A stretch of DNA of 64,000 nt from Entomortierella parvispora E1425 (lineage: Eukaryota; Fungi; Mortierellomycota), in contig BQFW01000007.1 in NCBI GenBank assembly GCA_020891255.1, positions 2,886,984 to 2,950,983 of the forward strand, in the 5' to 3' direction. The notes under the pieces are model-generated. The model made no database searches, was not told the origin of the DNA, and saw only the letters and a program-made list of their open reading frames with translations. The first letter of the stretch is position 1. The number at the start of each line of letters is the position of its first letter. Shown here piece after piece: positions 13,198 to 24,568 of this stretch. A program made the translations under genes and the position numbers.

Positions 13198-13979
13198 ACA
13201 GGCTGACGATCTGGCAGAGCCGAGCGGGGAGATTCGGCGACTTCCAGTGGCCTGGTCACAAACAAATGAATATCTCCAACAGATAGATAGGCTTTGTGGG
13301 GGGGAAAGGAGGCAATAGCACATTGACCATGGCCTTTGTGCCATTTGTTTCCAGCTCTGGTTCAGTTGCCGCTTATCAGTGACCGAGAAGGAAAACACGT
13401 TCATCTCATGTAGACCATCCAGCGAAACAAATAAAAAAAAAATCTGGATTTTAGGTTTGTCGCCTCGTTATCTTTGACCTTGATCTGTGGGGGAGAAAGG
13501 GCGATGGATGGACCAAGAAAGAAAGAAAGAAGGGTAGCAGAAACATCAAGTCCGAGTCCGAGTCCGAGTCGACCCCAGCCAGTCAGTCAGCCCGCCAGAC
13601 ACCGCCAGACAGGCAGTCAAACAGCCAGGAACCAGTGCCAGGACCAGCCGCCGATGGCTGCCCAGTGGACGCCTTGATGAGGGTGAGACCAACCGACTGA
13701 CCGACACCGTTCCGTTCCTTGACTACTTCCTTGCCCAAGGATGTGGTTGAAGAAGCATCCAAAGACAAGCGGACTGACAGAAAGAACAATGGAAAGGACG
13801 GATAGACTGAAGAGATTGCATCACCATGATATGAAATCGCAAAAAAATCGCAGCGAGCGAAAGTCCTTAAATAGAAAGGCTTCTTTTCATTTTTTCCCTT
13901 CTTTTTGACATTCTCCTCTGCTCATCCTCTCTGCTCCTCATCCTTCTTCTTTCCCTCATTCCATCCACCCATCCCAACC

Positions 13980-15779
13980 ATGGCCGCCCTTACCCCCACC
14001 ACCGAACACCAGCCTCACCATCCCCACACGCTCTCCACTCTGGCAAGTATCTTGATCGCCAGATTCTCACGCTTTCTTTTGGGTGTAACCCACAAGTCTC
14101 ACGGTATTCTAACCCTCCTTCTCGTTGCGATTGCGTTGCCCCACAGGACTTTCAAGGTGCCAGCAGTGCTGCTGCCGCCAACGCCATGCGTACTGAGCTC
14201 AACCGCTTGATCTCGCAGGTCAAGGACGAGAACGAGCGCAAGGTGAGTGGCCAGCAATTTCATTCCTGTTCATCTGCTTTTTTTCAAGGAACCATACTCA
14301 CCTGCCATTTTCGTGTTGTGCTCAACGTCATGACATAGCTTTTCCAAAACGAAATGGGCAACTTCTTCTTGCTCTTTAACCGCTGGTTGGCCGAGAAGAG
14401 CAAGGGCACAAAGATTAACTGGGACAAGGTCAACTCGCCCCCAGAGGATCAGATCGTCCCTTACGACAACATTCCCAAGGTTGAGAACAGCCCTCATCTG
14501 AACAAGCTTGCAGTCCTCAAACTCAACGGAGGACTCGGAACCACCATGGGATGCGTCGGACCCAAGAGTGCCATTGAGGTTCGCGACGGTATGACTTTCC
14601 TGGACCTTTCTGTCCGTCAGATCGAGGTAAGAACGACAGGTGGAAAGGTGTTCTTTTTGGACTGTGCCTTGCAATTTGGATGACTGACCCTCGTTGCTGT
14701 GTCTGTCCAAATAGTACCTTAACAAGGCCAAGAACGTGAACGTTCCTTTCATTCTTATGAACTCCTTCAACACTGACGATGAGACCAAGCGTATTGTTCA
14801 AAAGTATGCCACCCACAACATCGAGATCCTCACCTTCAACCAGTCCAGATACCCCCGCATCAACAAGGACTCTCTCTTGCCCACTCCCCGCAACCCTAAT
14901 GGCGACATTGCCGACTGGTACCCACCTGGTCACGGAGACTTGTTTGACTCACTTCACAACTCTGGTCTCTTGGACCAACTGATTGCTGATGGCAAGGAGT
15001 ACGTCTTTGTCTCCAACGTCGACAACTTGGGAGCCACCGTTGATGAGGGCATCTTGAACCATATGGTCGAGTCTGGCGCTGAGTTCTTGATGGAGGTTAC
15101 TGACAAGACCCGCGCTGATATCAAGGGTGGTACCCTCATTGACTACGAGGGATCTATCCGTCTTCTCGAAATTGCTCAGGTTCCTTCTGAGCACGTCGAG
15201 GACTTCAAGAGTATCAAGAAGTTCAAGATCTTCAACACCAACAACCTGTGGGTCAACTTGAAGGCTATTAAGCGTGTCGTCGAGGATCGTGAGCTCAGCT
15301 TGGAGGTTATTGTCAACAACAAGACAACAGATTCTGGCGAGAAGGTCATCCAGCTTGAGACTGCTGTCGGTGCTGGTATCAAGCACTTCCATAACGCCCA
15401 CGGTGTCAACGTTCCCCGCAACCGCTTCTTGCCCGTCAAGTCGACCTCGGATCTCTTCTTGGTTACATCCGATTTGTACTCATTGACTCATGGCGAGCTT
15501 TCTGTCAACCCCAAGCGCATGTTCAACACTGTTCCTCTGGTCAAGCTTGGTGACCACTTCAAGAAGGTCAACAACTTTTTGGCACGGTTTAAGAACCCTC
15601 CTCACATCCTTGAGTTGGATCATTTGACCGTGACGGGCGATGTGTCGTTTGGATCTGATGTTGTGTTGAAGGGTACAGTGATCATTGTCGCCAACGCTGG
15701 CTCTCATATTGACATTCCTTCCGGCAGTGTGTTGGAGAACAAGGTTGTATCGGGCAACCTCCACATCCTCGACCATTAA
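13980..15779 (+). CDS. UGP1: UTP-glucose-1-phosphate uridylyltransferase
   Basis: [48 protein letters not shown]-terminal SGNLHILDH; first intron is GC-AG (14043-14146). Confidence 0.97.
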
Positions 15780-16093
15780 AACAGTTGTAGTAGCATTTCT
15801 TTTCCAGCATCATCCATACCAACAATAAAAACCGAAACAAAATACATCCAATACCATCTGCGTTGTACAACACCTGTGGAAGATCTCTCTCTGGAATGAT
15901 TAATGAGCTGGCTGCACCTCTCCAGTTCCCGACCGCTCCTCGACCACTGATTGGATCCCGCGGTGAAGAGGCACCAGAAGGATTCCCAGCTGAGCAATGT
16001 GCAAACCAAAAAATGTTTATTTGCGATAACCTCGTTGTCCCTTTCATCTCTTCATCCCTCATCTGATTCTCTCCTCTCCATCATCTTTCCAGA

Positions 16094-16624
16094 ATGCCAC
16101 GTTCAACCTTTGTGCAGCAAGACTTTTTCCTTGGCGTCCTTGCCGTCTATAGCGCAACAGTCGCGTTCGGCCGCTGGTTTCCTGACACGGATCTGATTGC
16201 CGTCGATGCTCACCCCGCCTCCTATGCCACGACGTTCAAGAACTCGTCCGAGTCGGCCCTGCAGCTCTACGCTGCCTCTCTTGTGATCGACATTATCCGC
16301 GTTCTGGCTCTGTCCGTTTTGGAGTCTACCGCCTTCTCGTTTGCATTCGCCGAGGACAAGTTCGAGCCATTCTCGTACGCGTTCATGGCCTTCTCGATGA
16401 TCATGGTTACCAAGGATCTGTTGGTGCTTGGAATGATGTGGGCTTTGCCCGACGTTCACATCCAGGCAGCAGAGAAGGTCGCAGAGCTGATGCCAATCTC
16501 GGTCATGATGGAGCAAGGTCTTATTCTTGCTGGAGCCCTCTCATTGGCCTTTGGTCTTTACCAGTGGACGTTCGCCATTGGAAGAGACAAGCGCCAGGTC
16601 ATTGAGAAGGAGAAGACCAACTAA
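16094..16624 (+). CDS. Hypothetical polytopic membrane protein (about 4 TM) with a KxKxx-type C-terminus
   Basis: Intronless 176-aa ORF with several hydrophobic segments, biased codon usage, ending EKEKTN. Confidence 0.7.
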   Translation: MPRSTFVQQDFFLGVLAVYSATVAFGRWFPDTDLIAVDAHPASYATTFKNSSESALQLYAASLVIDIIRVLALSVLESTAFSFAFAEDKFEPFSYAFMAFSMIMVTKDLLVLGMMWALPDVHIQAAEKVAELMPISVMMEQGLILAGALSLAFGLYQWTFAIGRDKRQVIEKEKTN

Positions 16625-18284
16625 AGAGTCGCCGCCGACTCGTTCACTCTTTCCTGTTGTTGATCCCTGCTCGATTGATTCCATTGCTCTTTTGTTCATT
16701 TTATTTTCCATTTTTTTTTTGCTTCTTCAACCTCTTCTTTGCCTCCCAAAAAACCTGCATTGCCTTTGTATCATAGAACCTCTTGTCTTGTACCATAACA
16801 TAACATCGGTTGAAAAATAAAAAAGCTTTACATATCATCTCCCCAGCCCTGCGTCCCAATTGGAACCAGATGTTGTTTTTTCTTCCCAGCAGAGGACGAA
16901 CAGCAGCAGGGACAAAAAAAAAAAAAAAAAAATCTAAGCCACAGGACCCCTCGGAATTCGGGGCAACCTTTTTTTTTGTTGCTGGCAATGGTCGCAACGT
17001 TGCTTTCTCAGCTTCTTGCTTCATCCTTTCATCGTCCTAGAACCAACCATCAATGCGGGTATCGACGACCAGGTTTTCGGTAACGCGGCCGATTATTACT
17101 GCCGTTACTCCACCTGCAATTCGCTCGGGTGAGCCACTCTCGATCTATGTTCATTGGCCTTATTGCACCAGCAAATGCACATATTGCAATTTTAACAAGT
17201 ATGTTGACCCAAGAGTCGACCACGATGGTATGGAGCGTGCTATGGTTCGAGAGTTGGAGACAGAGCTGAAGTGTTGGGGTCTAGATCAACTAGATTGGCG
17301 ACGCCCTGTGCGATCAGTTTACTTTGGTGGCGGAACGCCAAGTCTAGCAAGGGTAGTGTATATGAAGAGAAGCGATGTGCGTTTGATCCTTTGCTCGTTG
17401 GGGATCTGATCCGTTTGTTAATCCTCCTTACCGCCCCTAGCCAAGCATGTTTAGATCTGTATTAGAGACCCTTGACCGTTACTGCCGTATCGATAGCAGC
17501 ACAGAGATCTCCATGGAGGTTCGACTATGTGATGAATGATATATGTTTGCACTCACGCACAGCCATGTAGCTACATGGAACTGACCAAGAATGGGTTTAT
17601 TTCTATTGAAATGACGCTAGGGCAACCCTTCTGTATGTGATAAGTTCATTCCAGAGAATATCTATTGGAATATTCTGCGTTTGCTTTGCTGATAAACGTC
17701 TACAGTCTACTTTGTCTATCGATGCCCTGAAGACTCTGCGCAGCATAGGTATAAACCGATATAGTCTAGGTATACAGACGTTTAACGACCAGACACTCAA
17801 GACGCTTGGTAGAGATCACTCTGCGAACACAGCCCTGAGATCGCTTCTGGATGCCAAAGCCATTTGGCCAGGGCATGTATCCATGGATTTAATTATGGGA
17901 CATGAAGGTCAAACTCTCAAAAACTGGACCGATGAACTGAGCTTTGCGATGGATGTGGTGGATGACCATCTCAGCCTGTATCACTTGACGGTGGAGCCTG
18001 GTACAGCGTATGAACTTTGCGGTTCCTGAGAATTTGGTGCAGTGCTTGAGAGGGTTAGACTAAAACGACTGCCCCGGTTCATGACATCATGCTCTAGGCT
18101 GTTCAAGCAAGTGAATGCTGGATCAATTGCTCTCCCTGGATCAGATGTGACCACTGAGATGTACGAAACCACGATTGAGGTAACCCCACAACGCTCAATG
18201 GCTCAAAGTTTGGACTGTATTCAGATGAAAAGGTTCACTCAGCATTCAATTTGCTCGTCTAGATTACGAGTAAAGCAGGATTCG

Positions 18285-18395
18285 TGTAACAGGAATACGG
18301 TGACATCACGCGATGTGTACCTACAAAAGCTAGAAACTTGCAATATAATAAAACTCACTTCTTGTCTCCACTCCACCCTCGATACTCCTATTGCA
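18285..18395 (+). repeat. 5' LTR (111 bp)
   Basis: TGTAACAGG...CTATTGCA; identical to 23240-23350; contains AATATAATAAAA (TATA/polyA-like). Confidence 0.97.
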
Positions 18396-18441
18396 TGGTA
18401 GCAAAGGTTTTCGATCCACTGACCTCACTGACCCACTGACC
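18396..18441 (+). promoter_or_regulatory. Primer-binding site, predicted tRNA-iMet, with downstream T-arm-complementary boxes
   Basis: TGGTAGCAAAG directly after the LTR, then TTTCGATCCACTGACCTC and repeated CACTGACC. Confidence 0.8.
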
Positions 18442-18513
18442 CTCCGACACACTTACACCCTGGACCCCCTCGTATCCCTCTTCGATCAACTCTCCCTCGA
18501 CAATTCACCCAAC

Positions 18514-19433
18514 ATGGACCCCGCGACACCGTCATTCAAATTCCCTCATCCAACACCGTTCAACGGCAAGCGCGACGGATTCTCTGTTCTCGGTTTTCTG
18601 AAACGCATGACCTTTTCTTCGATGGCGCTGGAATTGCCGAATCTCGCAAGGTCGGGGTTACCCTTGCCTTTGCCGGCGATGAGGTTATCGGCTGGTGGGC
18701 ACTCTTAAACAAGCCATCCGACACCTCATTCCCGGATTTCAGCGAGCTCCTTGCCACCGAGTTCAGTCCTGCGAAGTTTAAGGAGCACATTCTCGCCCTC
18801 ACAATGCAAATGAAAATGACACTACCATTGAACATCTCCAACGTCATGGCCTATATTACCAAAGCCCGTGAATACCACCTGCTCCTCCAGTCTTACTACG
18901 CCGACAACGCAGTTCTCAACGATACTATCCGTACTGCCTTTCTCAGTGGTGCACCTACTCAGCTTCGCCAGATGCTGGAAGTGGCCATTGTTAATGCAGG
19001 CAACGACACCATAGATCTGCCCAGACTCTTCAAGGCCGCGGAGGAGTTCGGTCGTATCTTCCACACTGGAGACCCATCACTCGGTGCCAAAGCACTGGCT
19101 GCCTCGGGATCCTCTGCTGGTATCACCGACCCCAACGCAATGGAAGTGGACAATATTCATATCCAACTCAACAATATCCATAAGCAACTCGGCACCCTTC
19201 ACCGCTCCTTACAGAACCGCCCCACCAACGGTACTAACAACCCTTCTCGAGATCGCCCCGCACCCCTGACCGCCGCCGACCGAGAGTACCTTGTACGTAA
19301 CGGTGGCTGCTTCCGCTGCCGCGAATTGGGTCACATCAGTCCCAATTGCCCTAAGTACGGCAACGGCAGCCGAGGAATTAATCAAGTAACCGCGGGTGAA
19401 TCCCCTGATTCGGGAAAAGCCTCCGGCAACTAG
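18514..19433 (+). CDS. gag: Gag with CCHC zinc knuckle; one apparent 1-nt deletion near 18610
   Basis: MDPATPSFKFPHPTPFNGKRDG..., shifted frame DLFFDGAGI...VIGWW..., CFRCRELGHISPNC, stop TAG 19431-19433. Confidence 0.85.
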
Positions 19434-19457
19434 GGTCGGTCCGGACCCCAGTTGTCG
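19412..19457 (+). promoter_or_regulatory. -1 programmed ribosomal frameshift signal (gag-pol)
   Basis: Slippery G GGA AAA at 19412-19418, a 5-nt spacer, and a 14-bp stem (19424-19437/19444-19457; one G-U pair, one A-C mismatch) with a 6-nt loop. The -1 frame is open into the protease. Confidence 0.8.
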
Positions 19458-22400
19458 AAACTGTAGCCAACAACCCTGAGCTAAGTACCTCAAATAAAAC
19501 TTCACTTGATTCTACACCTCAGAAACATGACTCCAATCATGACAAGCGAACTCACATCCACGATGCTCTGGTTGTTCTATCGGACCGAAACCAAAACCAA
19601 ACCAAAAAACCTGTTGCCTCGCCCGCTCCAGTTGCCCTGTCCGCTCCTCTACCTAGATCCTCCGATACAGATGAACCGGACCCTCTCGCTGTACCGCCGG
19701 CACCTAGTGTACCTCTGTCCAAAAGTCAGTTGAAGAAGTTGAAGCGTCGTGCGATTCGCCTACACGAATTCACTGTCCAAAAGGCAGAGAGCCAACTGCT
19801 CACTTTCATCGGTTCTGTCAATGGCCACGCTGCCAGAATCCTGATTGATGGTGGTGCAGAAGGTAATATTATCAGTTCGTCTTTTCAAAAGCGACACCAG
19901 CTCCTCCGCACTGAATGCTTGCCCATCCCCATCCTCCTCCCCAATGGCTCTTCCTCCCTCACATCACACACCGTCCCCATCACCCTCAACCGCAGCGACT
20001 ACTCCGATTCGCTCAACCCTATTCTCTATCCTCTCAACAAATACGACCTCATCCTTGGCAAACCCTGGCTCACCAAAGTTAACCCTTGCATCAATTGGCG
20101 CACCAACGATCTTCATTTCACTCACAATGGAATCGATGTCAAATGGAGCTGCCGCGGCTTCAAGGCCGATCACATCCAAAGCCGCACCAAAGGACTCCTC
20201 CTCACACACATGCACTTTCATTCCATGGCAACCCTGCCCGGCTCGGAGGTGTTCCTGGCCCTTATTCGCAACACCCCAGAGCCCTCTGAAGAAACTGACC
20301 AACCGCGTACAATTCCCGATATGACCCCCAGAGGTGCGGTCCATTGTCATGGAAGAGTTCGCTGATGTCTTTCCGGAGAAACTCCCGGACGGCCTGCCCC
20401 CAGACCGTGGTGATGCTATGAAGATCGAGACCGACCCGACAGCCGACCCACCCTTCCGCCCTGTCATTAGACTTTCAATCGCCGAGCTTGACGAACTTCG
20501 CAAACAACTGGACCAATTGCTAGCAGCAGGTTTTATCAAACCCAGTACCTCTCCCTATGGCGCCCCCGTGCTCTTTGTGCGGAAGAAGGACGGCACACTC
20601 CGAATGTGCGTCGACTACCGTGGCCTCAACAAGATCACCAGGAAGAACAGACACCCGCTGCCCCGTATCGACGAGCTACTTGACCGCTTCCGTGGAGCAC
20701 GCTATTACTCCAAGTTGGACTTGTTATCCGGTTATCATCAGCAGCGTATCTTTGAACCACACACACACAAGACTGCCTTCCGTTGTCGCTATGGTCACTT
20801 TGAGTTCAATGTTGTTCCCTTTGGCCTTACTAACGCTCCTGCTTCGTTCTCCAATATGATGTTGCGAGTGCTCGATCCAGTCTTGGACAAATGGGTTGTC
20901 GTGTATCTCGACGATCTGTTGATCTACTCCAAGACAAAGAAAGAACACCTGCAGCATCTCCGAAGCGTCCTGGCTCTCCTCCGCAAGAACGGTCTGTACG
21001 CGAAATTGAGCAAGTGCTCCTTCATGCAAGACGAAACTGAATTTTTGGGCCACACCATCACGAAGGACGGGATCAAAACATCGGCCGGGCTCAGCAAAGC
21101 CATCAGTGACTGGCCCACCCCCAAGAGCACAAAGGACGTCCAGCAATTTTTGGGGCTTGCGCAATTTTATCAACAGTACGTATCGGGCTTTGCAGGGATT
21201 GCCCTCCCTCTCTCTTCCCTCCTCGCCAACAACACTCCCTTCAAATGGACCGACGAACAACAATCTGCATTCCTTCAGCTCAAACGCGCCATCTGCTCCG
21301 CCCCCGTCCTCCGCATCTTCGACCCTGATCTCTCACCTTTGTCGAAACAGATGCATCCGGTTTCGCCATCGGTGCAGTGCTGCTGCAGACTGACCGGGAA
21401 GGGAATACCCATCCCATCGCATTCACTTCCAGGAAAAATGCAGTCAGCTGAGCGGAACTACCCTGTCCATGAGCAGGAACTGTTGGCTGTCATCCATGCG
21501 CTCCGCACTTGGCGCTACTACCTCGATGGAACCAAGTTCAGCGTCCACACCGACCACGCCACCCTCCGCCACTTCCCCACACAGCCCAAACTCACTCGTC
21601 GACAGGCTCGCTGGATGGAGTTGCTTCAGGAATACGACTTTGACTTCAAGTACAAGCGAGGAGTTGACAACATCGTCCCAGACGCTCTCTCCCGACGACC
21701 GGACTACCGCGAGCCTGACCCTGTTGAGCTATACAACCTCAGCGTCTCCCTGTCCCCGGACGTCCGTGACCAGCTTGTCCAGGACTACAACGACGATCCT
21801 CGACTTGGACCCATCTACAAGGATTGCCTGGATGGGAAGGTTGCCAATGGATATTCATTCCAGAACAACCTCCTCTACTTTACCCGACGTGGAGCAACCA
21901 CCCTGGCCATCCCTCGGCACTCCCCGATCCGCCTCACTCTCTTGCACGACGCTCACGACTCTGCCACTGCTGGACACTTTGGTTTTCAAAAGACTTACGA
22001 CAACCTGCGCCGTTTCGTATATTGGCCCCACATCGCCAAGGATACCCAGCAGTATGTAGCAACCTGCGAGAAGTGTCAAAGGAACAAGGACTCACAGGAT
22101 CGACCAGCTGGACTCTTGCAACCGCTACCCATTCCTTCGCAACGTTGGGAGGTAGTCACCATGGACTTCATCGGCCCTCTTCCGCCCACAGCTAGAAATT
22201 TTGACGCCATCACAGTGTTTGTCGACAAGCTGACCAAGCAAGCTCACTTCGTCCCCAGTACTACCTCTGCCACAGCCGTCGACGTCGCCCACCAGTTTTT
22301 TGACAACATCTTTAAGCTGCATGGCACACCAACATCCATCATCTCGGACCGCGACACTCGATTCACTAGTAGATTCTGGCAAGAGTTGCACAGGCTAATG

Positions 22401-23229
22401 GATGTCAAACTTGCACTGTCAACCGCCTACCACCCACAGACGGATGGGCAGACAGAGGTTATGAACAAGACGCTGAAGACTATGTTGAGAGCGTTTATTG
22501 ACAACAAGCAGTCTAACTGGGACCAGCTCCTTCCGTCACTGGAATTCGCCTATAACAACGCTGTCAATGCATCCACGGGATACTCGCCGTTCTTCCTCAA
22601 CTCTGGCCAGCACCCTCGTCTCCCCCACCGCTCTCCTCGGTAAACCCAGCAGCTCAGTCCCCACTGTCGATACCTTCCTGACTGAGCAGGCGACCACCCT
22701 TGCCCTGGCCCAGGATGCTCTGCAGCGTGCTCAGGATCATCAGGAGCAACAGGCAAACAAGCGACGACGGGATCACAAGTACAAGGTTGGCGATAAGGTC
22801 CTGCTGCGTGCCACCAATATCACCATCCCTGCCGACAGTATCAGACCAGCCGATAAACTTCGACCTCAATTCCTTGGCCCGTTCACACTTTTGGAGCAAC
22901 ACTCACCTGTCACCTTCCGCGTCGAGCTGCCACCATTCTACAAAATCCATGACGTCTTCCACGTTGATACCTTTCGACCCTATTTGCCGTCCCCGGAGTC
23001 ACTCGGCATTCGAGCTCCTGCCCCCGTGGATCCCACTGTAATTGACGGCGAAGAGGAGTATGAAGTGGACGAAATTTTAAAGTACCGCTTCTACCGCAGA
23101 CAACACCAGTTCCTAGTGTCATTCAAAGGCTACGGCAGAGAAGCTGACGAATGGCTCCCAGTAAGCAACTTGGACAACTGCATGGACTTGGTCACAACCT
23201 TCAAAGAGCAGCACGGTATCATTTTTTAA
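19412..23229 (+). CDS. pol: Pol polyprotein (protease, RT, RNase H, integrase, chromodomain) with four apparent 1-nt indels
   Basis: ILIDGGA (PR), VVYLDDLLIYS (RT), ETDASGFAIGAVL in the shifted frame (RH), HDAH...GH...CEKC, MDF...ISDRD (IN), GPF motif, EYEVDEIL...FLVSFKGY...EW (chromodomain). Confidence 0.9.
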
Positions 23230-23239
23230 AAGGGGAAGG
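23228..23239 (+). promoter_or_regulatory. Polypurine tract
   Basis: AAAAGGGGAAGG abutting the 3' LTR. Confidence 0.9.
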
Positions 23240-23350
23240 TGTAACAGGAATACGGTGACATCACGCGATGTGTACCTACAAAAGCTAGAAACTTGCAATA
23301 TAATAAAACTCACTTCTTGTCTCCACTCCACCCTCGATACTCCTATTGCA
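23240..23350 (+). repeat. 3' LTR (111 bp)
   Basis: Identical to the 5' LTR by eye. Confidence 0.97.
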
Positions 23351-24568
23351 ATTCGAGCACTACGAAGTATCAAACTTTGCCAGGAATCGCGCCTACAGCC
23401 GACATAACAGTGGCCACTGGTTGGGGGTAGATTATCTAGGTATACAGGGAGTCCATCAAGGGCTGAGTAGGCTGTCATTCTGTACTTGTTATTGACTATA
23501 CGTAACGCGGTCATTCTGGCGAATAGGGATTGGCCCTGGAGCACATGGACGAATGCACGACCCTTCAACTGGCCGGCTCTATCGCACCATGAACGTGCGC
23601 GATCCAGCAGGATGGATGCGACAGTGTTCGGACGAAGGCACAGGGTAAGTCTTGATGGTGAAGGTCGACTGCTGTGCAAATTATTTCCAATAATCAATGG
23701 TTCAATTGACTTTTTCGGATTGATCTCTGTAGGAAACGTCGCAGCATACTGGTGGATGATACCGAATGGAAGCAGGAACTGGTAGTGCTCGGTATGAGGA
23801 CAAAACAGGGCATCGACTTTGCTCGATACCACGAACAGACTGGCCAAGACTTGATGCAGGTAAAAACTTGAACAGATCGTGGCGACGCTGTTGTTCCAGT
23901 TGTCAGGTTCTGATCAGACCTGTTAAAAAATAGGTCCTTGACACAGAAGCAGTATTGGCATGTCTAGATGCAAAACTGCTAGTGCGCTCTGAGAGAACGA
24001 TTGCACCGACAGAGCGTGGCATGGCGGTGGCAGACGAACTCGTAGCGCGGATCCTTCACTGAGGTTTCGCAGGACCAGAAGCACGTACGAAAAAGCCAAC
24101 TCGGCAATCAAAGCTTGTTGCGACGTACGTGTTCTTGACAAAAGTGGTGGGGCAAAAAAAAAGCGAGAACGAGTTGCAGACGTTGAGAGCAATTGGTGCC
24201 TCTTCTCTTTGTTCTTTCTTGAAGTCTGTCCCTCTCTCTGCTGATGTCTCCCAGCCTGTCCTCCCGGTCCTTCCTCGCACGAGAGAAAAGAACTCGAGGG
24301 GGAGAGAAAGAAGGGGCACGGTCTGTTGTTGCCATCTCACGCAAGCGCACCCTGCTGTCTGGGTCCCAAAAAGCCCGCCAGCCTATCAATATTTGCACAT
24401 GAAACTGCCCTGAAAGACAGTCATAAAGAAGCCAAAAGAAAGAATGCACCCACGCCGCCACTGTGGGTCCTCAATCAATAAAGGAGACAAAGCTTCGCGC
24501 CTTTTTTTTCTGTTTTCTCTTCTTTTCCCCATCCTTCCCTATACATCCCTCCCTCCCAACAACTCACA

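Larger units (their letters stand above)
18285..23350 (+). mobile_element. Full-length Ty3/Gypsy LTR retrotransposon (chromovirus)
   Basis: Identical TG...CA LTRs, 5-bp TSD ATTCG (18280-18284 and 23351-23355), PBS, PPT, gag zinc knuckle, and PR-RT-RH-IN order with a chromodomain. Confidence 0.98.
17053..24062 (+). pseudogene. RSAD1: Radical SAM HemN/HemW-like heme chaperone (RSAD1), interrupted in an exon by an LTR retrotransposon
   Basis: IYVHWPYCTSKCTYCNF (CxxxCxxC), YFGGGTPS, EISME|GNPS, NRYSLGIQTF. Removing 18285-23355 restores ITSKAGFEHYEVSNFAR...SRHN...DYLG|IGPGAHG; later exons give ELVVLGMRTKQGID and APTERGMAVADEL, stop at 24060-24062. Confidence 0.92.

Noticed and set aside
17529-17584. 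Possible C/D snoRNA (GTGATGA...CTGA) in an RSAD1 intron
   Set aside because: Only ~56 nt, no terminal stem, and the CTGA coincides with the likely branch point CTGAC.
23119-23847. 242-aa minus-strand ORF spanning the 3' LTR
   Set aside because: Antisense to the LTR and the downstream RSAD1 exons; no recognisable motifs.
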